A stretch of 64,000 bases of DNA, taken from NCBI GenBank assembly GCA_964420065.1, contig CAYQQK010000003.1:84525-148524 (forward strand), given 5' to 3'. The DNA comes from an uncultured Syntrophomonadaceae bacterium. Its GTDB lineage: Bacteria > Bacillota > Dethiobacteria > DTU022. The notes below the pieces were generated by a model that made no database searches, was not told the DNA's origin, and worked only from the letters and a program-made list of their open reading frames with translations. A program made the translations under genes and the position numbers. Position 1 is the first letter of the stretch. Each line of letters opens with the position of its first letter. Below are positions 1 through 10,115 of this stretch, one piece after another.

Positions 1-1746
1 GGCCCCGTGATTGAGCAAGCTGACTCCACCCGCCTCAAAGTTGGCCGCAAACCAGATCAACACCCCTGCCGGCGCTGCTACCACTACCGCCCGACCGAGC
101 ACGAACAGGGTCCGGTCGAGCAGGGAACGGATCAGGATCCGCCCCACCTGTGGTTTTCGGTAGGGTGGTAGCTCCAGCGTAAAGGAAGAAGGAAGCCCTT
201 TTAAAAAAGTATGGGACAATATTTTTGATACGGCCAGGGTAATGGCCCCACCGAAGAGCACTGCTCCCAGTACCGTTGCCGCTGCGGCCGCCGGCCGGGC
301 AACACCGAGACCGGCGGCGATAAAAATGGAAGCCAGCGCGACCAAAGTGGGAAAGCGTCCATTACAGGGGACGAAGTTATTCGTAAGGACCGCGATCAGT
401 CGCTCCCGGGGCGAATCGATAATCCGGCAGGCGATCACCCCGACGGCGTTACAGCCGAAGCCCATGCACATGGTCAGAGCTTGCTTGCCGTGGGCTCGCG
501 CTATCTTGAAAAAGTGATCCAGATTAAACGCGACCCGGGGCAGGTAACCTAGATCTTCCAACAGGGTAAACAGGGGGAAAAATATCGCCATCGGCGGAAG
601 CATGACCGAGATCACCCAACCCAGGGTACGGAATACGCCGGAAACGAGCATCCCATGCAGCCACTCCGGCCACCCGGTGATGGCAAACAGGGCGGACAGC
701 CATACTTCACTCCGGTTGAAAGCGGCTGCCAGAGCTGCCGAGGGATAGTTGGCCCCGGTAATGGTGATCCAGAATATTACCCCAAGCAATAAAATCATGA
801 TCGGAATACCCCAGGTCCGGGAGGTAACCACATCATCAACCCGCCGGTCAAAATGCCGGAAACGGGCTTCTCCGAGGCGTACCACCTGCCGGCTAATCGC
901 TTCCGCCTCCCGTACCAGGCATGAAACGATCAGATCGGTTACCGGTTTCTGCTTTTCCAGGGCTGCTCGTTCAATCACCGCTGCCCGGGCCAGCTTTTCG
1001 GCCTGTTTCGATCCCAGGCCCGAATGTTCGATGGCTTTTTGCAAGAAGTCCTGCTCCCTTTCCAGAAGGCGCAGAGCAAACCAGCGGGAGGCAGGCTGCG
1101 CTCCCGTTCCCTGCAGCGCCCTTTCCAGTCGTGCCACTGCCTGCTCTACCGCAATCGGGTAACATACCTGCCGCGACCTATTTTTCTCAAGGTTGTCGCT
1201 GACTGCCCAAATTGCATCGCGTAACTCATCCAGGCCGGCCCCTTCCCGGGCGCTGGTACCAATGACGGGCACTCCCAGTAGGGCGGACAGCTTCGTCAAG
1301 TCGACGGAGATACGTTTCCGTACCGCCTCGTCGATCAGGTTGACGCAGAGCACTACCTGTTTCGTTATCTCCAGGATTTGCAGCGTTAAATTGAGGTTGC
1401 GTTCAAGACAGGTGGCATCGGTTATAATCACAATTGCGTCAGGTTTTTCGTAAAGGATAAAATCACGGGTTACTTCTTCTTCAGCCGATTTTGCCAAAAG
1501 CGAATACGTTCCGGGTAGGTCCACAAGTTTGAAAGAACGGTTGTGGTGGCGGAAGTGTCCCCGGGCTACCGCCACGGTTTTACCGGGCCAGTTGCCTGTA
1601 TGTTGTCTTAAACCGGTGAGACTGTTGAAAACAGTACTTTTGCCGGTATTCGGGTTCCCGGCCAGGGCTACAACCGTTACGCGGGCTGTTCCGGCGGATA
1701 AGGTACAAATGCTTTTGTCAGTCACCCCGGCTGGGCCGCTTATCAT
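1..1746 (-). CDS. feoB: Ferrous iron transporter FeoB. Partial: the 3' end runs off the window start.
   Basis: Minus-strand translation from ATG 1746 gives MISGPAGV...VVALAGNPNTGKSTVFNSLTG...VDLPGTYSL (G1-G3 GTPase motifs), then a polytopic membrane region. It has no stop inside the window, so it is absent from the ORF track. Its start overlaps the feoA stop as ATGA. Confidence 0.85.
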   Translation of the reverse strand, partial: MISGPAGVTDKSICTLSAGTARVTVVALAGNPNTGKSTVFNSLTGLRQHTGNWPGKTVAVARGHFRHHNRSFKLVDLPGTYSLLAKSAEEEVTRDFILYEKPDAIVIITDATCLERNLNLTLQILEITKQVVLCVNLIDEAVRKRISVDLTKLSALLGVPVIGTSAREGAGLDELRDAIWAVSDNLEKNRSRQVCYPIAVEQAVARLERALQGTGAQPASRWFALRLLEREQDFLQKAIEHSGLGSKQAEKLARAAVIERAALEKQKPVTDLIVSCLVREAEAISRQVVRLGEARFRHFDRRVDDVVTSRTWGIPIMILLLGVIFWITITGANYPSAALAAAFNRSEVWLSALFAITGWPEWLHGMLVSGVFRTLGWVISVMLPPMAIFFPLFTLLEDLGYLPRVAFNLDHFFKIARAHGKQALTMCMGFGCNAVGVIACRIIDSPRERLIAVLTNNFVPCNGRFPTLVALASIFIAAGLGVARPAAAAATVLGAVLFGGAITLAVSKILSHTFLKGLPSSFTLELPPYRKPQVGRILIRSLLDRTLFVLGRAVVVAAPAGVLIWFAANFEAGGVSLLNHGA

Positions 1747-2009
1747 GGCAATACCTCGACCAGAACTTGCGACGCTTCTTCCGCACGCAAAGCGATCACT
1801 GTACCGCGAATATGGAAGGCGGTGGGATCCCCCGACGGACTTTTGCGCAGTGCCTCGACTGCTGTTCCGGTGATCAATCCCAGGTCAAGCATGCGCCGCC
1901 GTACCGTCCCGGCGGCGGTTAGAGCGGTTACCCGACCGTTTTCGCCAATAGCAAGCCTATTCAAAGGGATTATTTTCCTGCCTCTGTTTCCATGATCGTA
2001 TTTGTGCAT
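1743..2009 (-). CDS. feoA: FeoA-domain protein
   Basis: 88 aa. An SH3-like FeoA signature (LITGTAVEAL...IRGTVIALRAEEASQVLVE). GGGAGG RBS upstream. Translationally coupled to feoB. Confidence 0.8.
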   Translation of the reverse strand: MHKYDHGNRGRKIIPLNRLAIGENGRVTALTAAGTVRRRMLDLGLITGTAVEALRKSPSGDPTAFHIRGTVIALRAEEASQVLVEVLP

Positions 2010-2235
2010 GGTGCAGCCTCCCGGAATTGTCTGTTATTTGTTGGTAAAAGTTAGACGCGGGAAAGTTTTCTTGGTCTAATATATGGAGGCCGGCGGTGCG
2101 GTGTGCCACGAAGCTTGAAATACCGGGTTCTATCTATCGCGCCTGCCCCATAGTCACCAACAGTTACTATATCTTTATAATTCAGATAAAGGGATCGGCT
2201 CCAACCGTGGCGAACTCAAAGGGGGTATAATTTAA

Positions 2236-2264
2236 AACAGCGTTTCTAATATAGAAACGCTGTT
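2236..2264. promoter_or_regulatory. 29-bp perfect palindrome AACAGCGTTTCTA-ATA-TAGAAACGCTGTT just downstream of a GGGGTATAAT -10-like element. Candidate repressor operator.
   Basis: 13-nt arms are exact reverse complements read directly from the sequence. Lies at about +1..+30 of a putative promoter for the DUF997/symporter operon. Confidence 0.4.
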
Positions 2265-2331
2265 CATCGGGCCGGGGTTGAGGCCGGCCCGCGGCGAGGA
2301 AGATCCTGAATTCAGGAAAGGATGGGATGGA

Positions 2332-2652
2332 ATGCGCACAGAAGGATCCGATTCTCAGGACTTTGTGGAGGACCCGCGTTATCGGCAGTGTAATCGGGAG
2401 GCCCTGCTCGGTCTGGGTCTGGGGCTGCTGAACCTGATCTGGTGGTTCGCCTGGGGCTACGGCCTCGGTGCCCGTCCGCCCAAGGAGTATACCTATATCC
2501 TTGGTTTTCCGGCGTGGTTCTTTATGAGCTGTGTTGCCGGTGCGGTCCTTTTCAGTGTTCTTGCCGTGGTCATGGTTTTAAAGTTTTACAAAGAGATGCC
2601 CTTGGGAAAACTGACCGGAGAAGAAGTCCGGAAGATGGGAGGGGCGCATTGA
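2332..2652 (+). CDS. Small membrane protein, YhdT/DUF997-like, accessory subunit of a sodium:solute symporter
   Basis: Two TM helices (LGLGLLNLIWWFAWGYGL, FFMSCVAGAVLFSVLAVVMVL). Directly precedes the SSS transporter with a 1-nt gap (stop 2650-2652, start 2654). Start moved to the internal ATG 2332 with an AGGATGGGATGG RBS. Confidence 0.55.
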   Translation: MRTEGSDSQDFVEDPRYRQCNREALLGLGLGLLNLIWWFAWGYGLGARPPKEYTYILGFPAWFFMSCVAGAVLFSVLAVVMVLKFYKEMPLGKLTGEEVRKMGGAH

Positions 2653-2653
2653 A

Positions 2654-4210
2654 ATGGACGGTGCCAATATAGAGGTTTTAATAGCTTTGATCGTTTATTG
2701 CGTCGGGCTCTTTGTTCTTGGGTTTTTGAGCTTGCGCCGCGTCTCCAGAGCCGCCCGGAGGGAGGGCAAAGGCTTTCTTTCCGAATATCTCATCGGGGAT
2801 CGTGACCTGGGCGGGTTTGTCCTGGCCATGACCCTCGTGGCGACCTATCTCAGTGCTTCAAGTTTTATCGGCGGTCCCGGTACTGCTTACACGATTGGCC
2901 TGGCTTGGGTATTTTTGGCCATGAGCCAGATGCCCACCGGTTATTTTACCCTGGCTGTACTGGGTAAAAAGTTTGCCATTGTCGCCCGCAAGATCAATGC
3001 GGTTACGGTGACCGACTTTCTGAAGGCGCGTTACGAGAACCGGTTGTTGCTCGTAGTGATCTCTGTTTCACTGGTTTTCTTCGTTATTGCGGCCATGACC
3101 GCTCAGTTTGTGGGGGCGGCCCGCCTGCTCGAGGGCTCGGTCGGCATCTCTTACCGGGCGGCTTTGGTCTTTTTTGCGGTGACCGTGCTGGTCTATACCA
3201 TTGTCGGGGGTTTCCGCGCCGTCGCCCTGACCGATACTCTCCAGGGGGTGATCATGACCGTGGGCGTGATCTTGTTGATTACGGCCGCCGTCACCGCCGG
3301 CGGTGGGGTCGGCCGCTTGATCCAGGGGCTCTATGCCATCGATCCCGGCTTGATCAGTCCCCTTGGCGTCAATCCTGCTCACACCTCCATCGCTTGGGTC
3401 ACCTCCTTCTGGATCCTGGTTGGTTTTGGCGTCATTGGGCTGCCCCAGGTGGCCACCCGGGGCATGTGCTACCGGGATAGCGCCAGCTTGAAAAAGGCGA
3501 TCATATACGGGACAATTGTTTCTATGGTCCTGCTTTTCGGTATGCACCTGGTGGGCGCTTTCGGACGGGTCCTGGTCACGGATAATATTGTTTCGGGCGA
3601 TCTGGTGGTACCGGCCTTGATTACCCAACTTTTCCCCAACTGGATCGCCGGGATTATCCTTGCCGCCCCCCTGGCGGCGGTCATGTCCACGGTGGACTCC
3701 CAGCTTCTTATGGCGGTGGGAGCCATTATCAACGATATTTACGTGAACCTGTTTAACCCCCGCCTCAAACGGGCTGCCGCACTTACCTTTATCTGTTCGA
3801 TTGCCATGGGGGCGATCGTTTTCGTTTCTGCCTTCAACCCGCCGGAGCTGATCGTCTGGCTAAACCTGCATGCTATTGCCGGACTGATCGCTACTTTCCT
3901 GTGGCCGGTCCTCCTTGGTCTTTACTGGAAACGGGCCAATACTGCCGGTGCTTTTGCCTCAATTGTTGCCGGCGCCGGGTCGTACTTGCTCTTTACCAGC
4001 AAGGTGTTCAATAAATATCTGGTCGGACTGACCGGCTCTTCGCCGTACCTGCTCGAGTCGGGCTTTTTCCTTAACCTTCAGGCCGGGCGCCCTTTGGGGA
4101 TGCATGCTATTGTGGCTCCACTGTTTATTGCTCTGGCGGCCTTCCTGGTTTTTACCGTTCTGACACCCCGGCCGCCTTTCCGTATCATCAAGAAGTTTTG
4201 GGGTATCTAG
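2654..4210 (+). CDS. Sodium:solute symporter (SSS family), PanF/PutP-like
   Basis: 518 aa with ~13 TM segments and typical SSS blocks (GGPGTAY, LTDTLQG). Arranged with a DUF997 gene as in yhdT-panF. Confidence 0.85.
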   Translation: MDGANIEVLIALIVYCVGLFVLGFLSLRRVSRAARREGKGFLSEYLIGDRDLGGFVLAMTLVATYLSASSFIGGPGTAYTIGLAWVFLAMSQMPTGYFTLAVLGKKFAIVARKINAVTVTDFLKARYENRLLLVVISVSLVFFVIAAMTAQFVGAARLLEGSVGISYRAALVFFAVTVLVYTIVGGFRAVALTDTLQGVIMTVGVILLITAAVTAGGGVGRLIQGLYAIDPGLISPLGVNPAHTSIAWVTSFWILVGFGVIGLPQVATRGMCYRDSASLKKAIIYGTIVSMVLLFGMHLVGAFGRVLVTDNIVSGDLVVPALITQLFPNWIAGIILAAPLAAVMSTVDSQLLMAVGAIINDIYVNLFNPRLKRAAALTFICSIAMGAIVFVSAFNPPELIVWLNLHAIAGLIATFLWPVLLGLYWKRANTAGAFASIVAGAGSYLLFTSKVFNKYLVGLTGSSPYLLESGFFLNLQAGRPLGMHAIVAPLFIALAAFLVFTVLTPRPPFRIIKKFWGI

Positions 4211-4522
4211 ACGGAAAAGAGGAGTGTTAAGGTTGTGTTATTCATCCTGCCCTGTGAAAACGGAGCGGTCCGGGGACACTGCCTTTGCCGGAAAACTACG
4301 AGTTGCCGCCGGCACCATCGTGCTTTCCCCGATGAGTTCCCGGTTTTTGACGGGGTATCGATCTGGCCGACAGTCCTTTCCGGTCCACGACGTGGGCAGG
4401 AGATCGCGTCCTGCTTGTGTAATCAAAGTTTGGTACTATGACCTGAAAAAAGGTTTTAGTTTTTCCTAAAAGAAGGATCGCCCCTTTCCGGCATCAATAA
4501 AGGAGTACTCGGTAAAAAAGCG

Positions 4523-5290
4523 ATGTTAAAAGTGGCCCATCGCACCCTGGAACTGCTTGAGTATATTTGTAACAGTGACGGCAGAGCTTTTACGGTCAAG
4601 GAACTGAGCACAACTTTCGGCCTGAATAAAACCTCAATTTTTCGCATGCTCAGGGTACTTACCAGTCGGGGCTACCTGCAACAGGAAGAGAAGGCGGGTT
4701 GCTACAGTCTCGGTCTGAAATTGCTGGAGTTAAGTGCCCGGGTTTCCGGGAAGATCGGGCTGCTTGAGGCGGCCCTCCAGCACCTGGAAAGGTTGTCTGT
4801 CGAACTGAAAGAAACCGTCAACCTGGCGGTTATGCGCGATTGCGAAGTTGTTTATATTCATAAAATAGAGAGCCCGCACTTTCTGCGCACCGATCTGCGG
4901 GTCGGCTCGGCGATGCCCGCCTACTGCTGTGCTCCGGGCAGGGCCATGCTGGCCTGGTACCCGCCGGACCGTCTTGCGAGCGTCTGCCACTTCCTTGCCG
5001 GTGAAGCAGCGGCAGCACCCGCGCTACCGTCTTATTCCCGTTTATTGGAGGACCTGGGGCACATTCGCCACAACGGTTATGCGATCGATTACGAAGAATC
5101 CATTCCAGGAATCGTTTGCATTGCCGCTCCCATTCTTGACGCGACAGGTAAACCTCCGGCAGCGATCAGTGTTGCCGGGCCATCTTTACGCCTGCATGAA
5201 AAAATGGTGCACGAGGTTGGTACCCGGATCCGCGATTGTGCCGCCCGGATCTCGCGGCGTATGGGCTACAGCGAAACGGTAGGCCGGTGA
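4523..5290 (+). CDS. IclR-family transcriptional regulator
   Basis: N-terminal wHTH (RTLELLEYI...FTVKELSTTFGLNKTSIFRMLRVLTSRGYL) and a C-terminal IclR effector domain. Confidence 0.8.
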   Translation: MLKVAHRTLELLEYICNSDGRAFTVKELSTTFGLNKTSIFRMLRVLTSRGYLQQEEKAGCYSLGLKLLELSARVSGKIGLLEAALQHLERLSVELKETVNLAVMRDCEVVYIHKIESPHFLRTDLRVGSAMPAYCCAPGRAMLAWYPPDRLASVCHFLAGEAAAAPALPSYSRLLEDLGHIRHNGYAIDYEESIPGIVCIAAPILDATGKPPAAISVAGPSLRLHEKMVHEVGTRIRDCAARISRRMGYSETVGR

Positions 5291-5405
5291 GTCATCATTT
5301 CTAACAAGATCATGGATGTTCTGCCGGAAAAGTTACAAACGCCGGTTGATCATGGGGAATAAGGGTCATATTGATCTTGAGCCGGGAAAGTGTTAAAGTA
5401 GACGC

Positions 5406-5420
5406 AACATGTTACATGTT
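5406..5420. promoter_or_regulatory. AACATGT-T-ACATGTT palindrome with a TGT-N-ACA core upstream of gntR. Candidate GntR operator.
   Basis: 7-1-7 inverted repeat seen directly, ~55 bp upstream of the gntR start. Confidence 0.3.
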
Positions 5421-5476
5421 TTATGAATCACGTCCCAGCCAACGCCTAAGGCAGATCTTGGAAAGGAGACGTTGCC

Positions 5477-6172
5477 ATGAACCGGACCGGCCAACCGTCA
5501 TTCCCGGCCCGGCCCCGCCTGGCGGGTTCTTTCAAGGACCAGGCTGTACAGTTGATCAAGGAAGCGATATGCAGTGGCGAGTTTCCTGCCGGCGAAATAT
5601 TCTCCCACGAACAATTGAGCCGCTGGCTCGGGATTAGCCGTACGCCCATCCGTGAGGCCCTCCTGGAGCTCCAGGGTGAAGGGCTGGTCGCCATTCATCG
5701 CGGCCGGGGGACCGAGGTCGTCCCGGTATCATGCCGGGAGATGCAAGAAATTTTTGAAATACGGGAAGCTCTGGAGGCAAAAGCCTTTACCCTGGCCATT
5801 GAACGGATCAGTGGTGAGAAATTACTTGAGCTGCAGCACCCCTTTCTACATTACCGGCGGCAATTTCGTTTAGGTGAACCGGTTGATTATGTCCAGGTCA
5901 ACCGTGAGTTTCACCTTTCAATCGCCCGCGCTTCAGGTAACAGCCGTCTTTATAAAACGATCGCTTCGTTGCTCGACCAGCCGGTACGGACCGGGTTTTA
6001 TGCTCTCTTCATGTTGCAGCGGGCCAACGATTCCATGGCCGAACACCAGGGTCTGCTTGGCGCCGTTGAGGCCAAGAATGTACAAAAAGCCCGTGAACTG
6101 ATTGGACAACACCTGCGCCGGGCTTGCACCGCCCTGCTTCATGCCCTTGAAAAGACCGGCATTGCACCCTGA
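5477..6172 (+). CDS. GntR-family transcriptional regulator (FadR/FCD C-terminal domain)
   Basis: HTH EQLSRWLGISRTPIREALLELQGEGLV plus an all-helical FCD-like C-terminus. GGAAAGGAG RBS. Confidence 0.8.
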   Translation: MNRTGQPSFPARPRLAGSFKDQAVQLIKEAICSGEFPAGEIFSHEQLSRWLGISRTPIREALLELQGEGLVAIHRGRGTEVVPVSCREMQEIFEIREALEAKAFTLAIERISGEKLLELQHPFLHYRRQFRLGEPVDYVQVNREFHLSIARASGNSRLYKTIASLLDQPVRTGFYALFMLQRANDSMAEHQGLLGAVEAKNVQKARELIGQHLRRACTALLHALEKTGIAP

Positions 6173-6444
6173 GGACCGGTTATTCTTTCTCAATCAACCG
6201 GTAGTTGGAAGGTTGAATATTTGTATCCGGTCGTACCGGTCAAGTTTAAGCTTAAGCCGTCTTGTTGGAGGAGCAAATAGTTTTTAACGGCAGGAACCGG
6301 CGGGGCTGCGTAGAAATTTAATCAATATCCAGGCCGGGGGTAACCCTTCCGGATCGAGTTACAATATTTGAATTGCCCCCCGGAATTGAACAAGACAGTG
6401 CGAGAAGTGGACTCTTAACAATAGCTTGGGCAGGAGGAACAGCA

Positions 6445-7602
6445 GTGCGTCAAAACCATCTCCCATTCAACCGGCCCCTGATCGGCGAAGAAGAAATAGA
6501 GGCGATCGTGCAAACACTTCGTTCGGGCTGGCTCACCACCGGGGCTTGCACTCTGAAGTTCGAGAAGCGTTTTGCCGCCCGGGCGGGAGCTCCCGGAGCA
6601 CTGGCTTTGAACTCATGCACCGCTGCGCTCCATACCGCGCTGCTGGCTCTCGGTACCGGTCCCGGGGATGAAGTTATCACCACTCCCTTCACCTTCGCTG
6701 CATCGGCAAATGTGATCGAACATACCGGGGCCCGCCCGGTATTGGTAGACATTGAACCCGACACCCTCAACATCGATCCCGGGCTGGTTGAACGGGCGCT
6801 CACGCCCCGTACCCGGGCGATCATGCCGGTCCATTATGCCGGCCATCCCGTTGAAATGGATCCGCTGCTTGAACTGGCCGAACGCTATCGTTTGGAAATA
6901 GTCGAGGATGCCGCCCATGCTTTTCCGGCTTCCTACCGGGGGGTCATGGTTGGCTCCCGGAAAAACCCGGCCGCCTTTAGCTTTTACCCGACCAAGAACC
7001 TTACCACCGGTGAAGGGGGCATGCTCACCGGTGATACCGGTTTGCTGGAACGGGCCCGGACGGTCAGCCTACACGGCCTCAGTCGCGACGCCTGGCGGCG
7101 TTATGAAAAGGGGGGCAGCTGGTATTACGAAGTGTTGTTACCCGGTTTCAAATACAATATGCCCGATATTGCGGCCGCTCTCGGGTTGGTACAGCTTTCC
7201 CGGATCGACGCGTTCCAGGAACGGCGCCGCGCTATCGTTCGGGCGTATAACGAAGCTTTTTCCGATTGCCCGGTCCTGGAAACACCGGTTGAGCGCCCGC
7301 ATGTTGAACATGCCTGGCATCTTTATGTGCTTCGGCTGCGGGAAGAAAAACTAACGATCGACCGGAATCGTTTTGTTGAGGCGTTGGCTGCCCGTAATAT
7401 CGCCACCTCGGTCCATTTCATTCCGGTTCACCTGCACCCGTATTACCGGAAAAAGTATGGTTTTCATCCCGAAGATTTTCCGGTGGCCTATGACAACTAC
7501 CGCCGCGTGATCAGCCTTCCTCTTTATCCCGGGCTGGAAGATCGGGATGTCGCCGACGTCATTGAAACGGTTCTTGATATTGTTCGCCTATACCGGCGTT
7601 AG
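6445..7602 (+). CDS. DegT/DnrJ/EryC1/StrS-family PLP-dependent sugar aminotransferase
   Basis: Family motifs (TTGACTLKF, SFYPTKNLTTGEGGM with the Lys for PLP, HLYVLR). Start set to GTG 6445, 7 nt after AGGAGG; the ORF-track start at 6373 is less likely. Confidence 0.8.
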   Translation: MRQNHLPFNRPLIGEEEIEAIVQTLRSGWLTTGACTLKFEKRFAARAGAPGALALNSCTAALHTALLALGTGPGDEVITTPFTFAASANVIEHTGARPVLVDIEPDTLNIDPGLVERALTPRTRAIMPVHYAGHPVEMDPLLELAERYRLEIVEDAAHAFPASYRGVMVGSRKNPAAFSFYPTKNLTTGEGGMLTGDTGLLERARTVSLHGLSRDAWRRYEKGGSWYYEVLLPGFKYNMPDIAAALGLVQLSRIDAFQERRRAIVRAYNEAFSDCPVLETPVERPHVEHAWHLYVLRLREEKLTIDRNRFVEALAARNIATSVHFIPVHLHPYYRKKYGFHPEDFPVAYDNYRRVISLPLYPGLEDRDVADVIETVLDIVRLYRR

Positions 7603-7729
7603 GTGTGGGCTTGATCCCCTCTTCCGCCCACAAGAGGCGGGATTTAATCCCCACCAGAACACAAAAGCGCGTCCTGTTTCCTTTCATTTTTCCCAAAACG
7701 ATACAGCAGTGTCATTCCAGGAGGTGTCC

Positions 7730-8536
7730 ATGATGGTGGAAAACGAGATCAGCTTGCGAGAACTGGTCAATCTATTTGTTAAAGGATGGCGGTTCATCGC
7801 CGCACTTACTCTGGGCACGGCGTTTCTCGGTGCGGCATATGCATTCATGATCTATACCCCCACCTACCAGGCTACATGCGTGGTGGATGTTTTGCCATAC
7901 CGGGTTTCACCTTACACCTTCGAAACTGCGAATTTTGCCGGAAAGGGCGACACCCAAACCTTCCTGCAAAGCTGTGTCCGTCGAGGCAAGGAGGAAGGAC
8001 TGCCCGAGCAGGCTTTTGATTACCTGCACGTACAAGAAATTCGCAACTCGACCCTGGTCGAGATCCATGCTACTTATACTGATCTGGAAACGGTTTCACG
8101 GGCGGCCAACCTCGCCGGGGAAGAGTTGCTGCGGCTGGTGCACCGACAACGGGAGGAGGAGCTTGAGCGGGCCCTGATCGCCGCCCGGGGGGCGCTGAGC
8201 CACGCTGATGCTGAAATAACGGCTTACCGCGAAGCCAACCCCGGCCGGGACGCCGGAACGGTGGAGGAACCGTATCTGCGGTTACTGGAAGCGCGGGGCG
8301 ACCTCCTTTTTGAATTAAGCGAGGTTGCCGGCCAACTCGAACTGATTCGTAACAGCGAATACATTGATGCCGTGCCCTGGCTCTTTAGCGGTAAACCTTC
8401 CCTACCGCGAGTGATGATGAACCGTCTTGTCTATATCGTGGCGGCCCTGATCCTCGGTCTGATGTTTTCCAGCTTTCTGGTATTTTTTAAGCATTTCTGG
8501 ATCGTAGCCGGACGGGGGGAAGAGGAGGCCGGCTAG
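7730..8536 (+). CDS. Polysaccharide chain-length determinant (Wzz/CpsC-like)
   Basis: N-terminal TM (FIAALTLGTAFLGAAYAF), a coiled periplasmic region and a C-terminal TM (LVYIVAALILGLMFSSFLVFF). ATG 7730 follows a GGAGG RBS. Confidence 0.7.
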   Translation: MMVENEISLRELVNLFVKGWRFIAALTLGTAFLGAAYAFMIYTPTYQATCVVDVLPYRVSPYTFETANFAGKGDTQTFLQSCVRRGKEEGLPEQAFDYLHVQEIRNSTLVEIHATYTDLETVSRAANLAGEELLRLVHRQREEELERALIAARGALSHADAEITAYREANPGRDAGTVEEPYLRLLEARGDLLFELSEVAGQLELIRNSEYIDAVPWLFSGKPSLPRVMMNRLVYIVAALILGLMFSSFLVFFKHFWIVAGRGEEEAG

Positions 8537-8543
8537 ACTGCCT

Positions 8544-10016
8544 TTGAGGGGGATGGTGGCGGAAAGGAAATGTTTGATGCTGGTGCAGCATAGCTTTTTT
8601 TACCTTCTCGCCCGGGGACTGCCCGGAATGGTGAGTTTACTGGCTATCGCTCTTTTTACCCGGCTGATTTCGCCCGAGCAGTATGGTTACTATACGGTGG
8701 TTGCCGCCGGGGCAAGTTTGGCCGGGGCCGTGATTTTTCAATGGCTGCGCCTGGGCTTGCTCCGCTTTTTGCCGGCCTACCTGGATCGGCGGGAACAGTT
8801 TCTTGCCACCGTCGCCGCGGGCTACCTGTTTCTTGCCGCGGCGGTTACCCTCCCCGGGGTGTTCCTGATATTTCTCTGGCCGGAACCGGCCCTGCGCGGC
8901 CTGCTCGTTTTCGGCCTGCTGATCCTGTGGGCCCAGCCTTGGTACGAACTGAACCTGGAACTGGCCCGGTCACAGCTTGCGCCGGCACGTTACGGCTTGA
9001 TCATGATCTCCCGTTCCTTGTTGCTGCTCTTCGCTGGCGGTCTGCTGGCCTATCTTGGCTGGGGCGCGGCCGGGCTGCTGACGGGGATGTTCCTCGGGTT
9101 CCTGCTTCCATCCCTTGCCGTTACCGCCCGTGAATGGCGGGGCGCGAACCCCGCCCGGGCCGACCGGGCCGTGATGCGGAAACTTCTCATCTACGGCTTG
9201 CCCCTGACGGCGGCTTTCGCCCTGGATTTTGTCGTCAGCAGTTCGGACCGGTTCATGCTCGGACTGATGGTGGGGGCGCAAGAAACCGGGCTTTACGCGG
9301 TTGGTTACGATCTGTCCAAACAATGTCTTTGGGTCCTGATGGCAATAGTCAATTTGGCTGCCTATCCCCTGGTCGTGCGGGCTTTTGAGCGCGGAGGTCC
9401 GGAAGAAGCCCGGCCTTACCTGGTCCAGAATGCCGTCGCCCTTGTGGCGATCGCCTTGCCGGCGGCGGTCGGCCTGGCCATGTTGGCCACAAATATTGCC
9501 GGAGTGGCCCTGGGGCCGGAGTACCGCACGGCGGCGGTGCACCTGTTCCCTTGGGTCGCCCTGGGGATGTTTTTTGCTGGGATGAAAGCGTATTACTGCG
9601 ATCTGGCCTTCCAGTTGGGGCGGAACACACTTGGCCAGGTCTGGGTGCTGCTGGCGGCGGCGCTGATCAACGTCGCTTTGAATCTATGGTGGATTCCGGT
9701 TTGGGGTTACATGGGGGCGGCCTATGCCACGGTTACCGCCTATATTGCGGGCGCCGTGTTCAGCGTTATACTGGGGCGGAAGATCTACCGGTTGCCTTTG
9801 CCGGGGATCGACCTGATCAAAATTGCCGCTGCCACGGCAGGGATGGCCCTGGCCTTGTGGCCGGTCCGATCCCACGCTGCCGGAACCCTGGTCCTGGCCG
9901 GACAGATTGTCTGGGGGGCGGCGGTTTACGGAATTTTGTTTTTACTCCTTGATGTCCGAGGCAGTCGCAGTATCGTGGCCGGACTGGCCGGCAAGTTTTT
10001 CCGCAAGGCGGCGTAA
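8544..10016 (+). CDS. Oligosaccharide flippase (Wzx / polysaccharide biosynthesis protein family)
   Basis: ~12-14 TM helices with a typical Wzx N-terminus (FFYLLARGLPGMVSLLAIALFTRLISPEQYG). Real start may be ATG 8553 or 8577. Confidence 0.8.
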   Translation: MRGMVAERKCLMLVQHSFFYLLARGLPGMVSLLAIALFTRLISPEQYGYYTVVAAGASLAGAVIFQWLRLGLLRFLPAYLDRREQFLATVAAGYLFLAAAVTLPGVFLIFLWPEPALRGLLVFGLLILWAQPWYELNLELARSQLAPARYGLIMISRSLLLLFAGGLLAYLGWGAAGLLTGMFLGFLLPSLAVTAREWRGANPARADRAVMRKLLIYGLPLTAAFALDFVVSSSDRFMLGLMVGAQETGLYAVGYDLSKQCLWVLMAIVNLAAYPLVVRAFERGGPEEARPYLVQNAVALVAIALPAAVGLAMLATNIAGVALGPEYRTAAVHLFPWVALGMFFAGMKAYYCDLAFQLGRNTLGQVWVLLAAALINVALNLWWIPVWGYMGAAYATVTAYIAGAVFSVILGRKIYRLPLPGIDLIKIAAATAGMALALWPVRSHAAGTLVLAGQIVWGAAVYGILFLLLDVRGSRSIVAGLAGKFFRKAA

Positions 10017-10115
10017 CGGGGGCTATTTCCTTTTTTTGTGGAGTTGGAGAATCGTTTTGGAGTTACCTTGCCCGAAACAGATCGGGGAAAGGGAAGGTAA
10101 GGGAGGCAGTTACCG

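Noticed and set aside
242-517. Plus-strand 91-aa ORF and several others between 242 and 1873
   Set aside because: They lie inside, and antisense to, the feoB coding region, whose minus-strand translation shows clear GTPase and membrane-domain motifs.
2010-2235. Searched the feoAB upstream region for a Fur box
   Set aside because: No convincing match to the 7-1-7 (TGATAATnATTATCA) or 19-bp Fur consensus was found on either strand, so no Fur site is reported.
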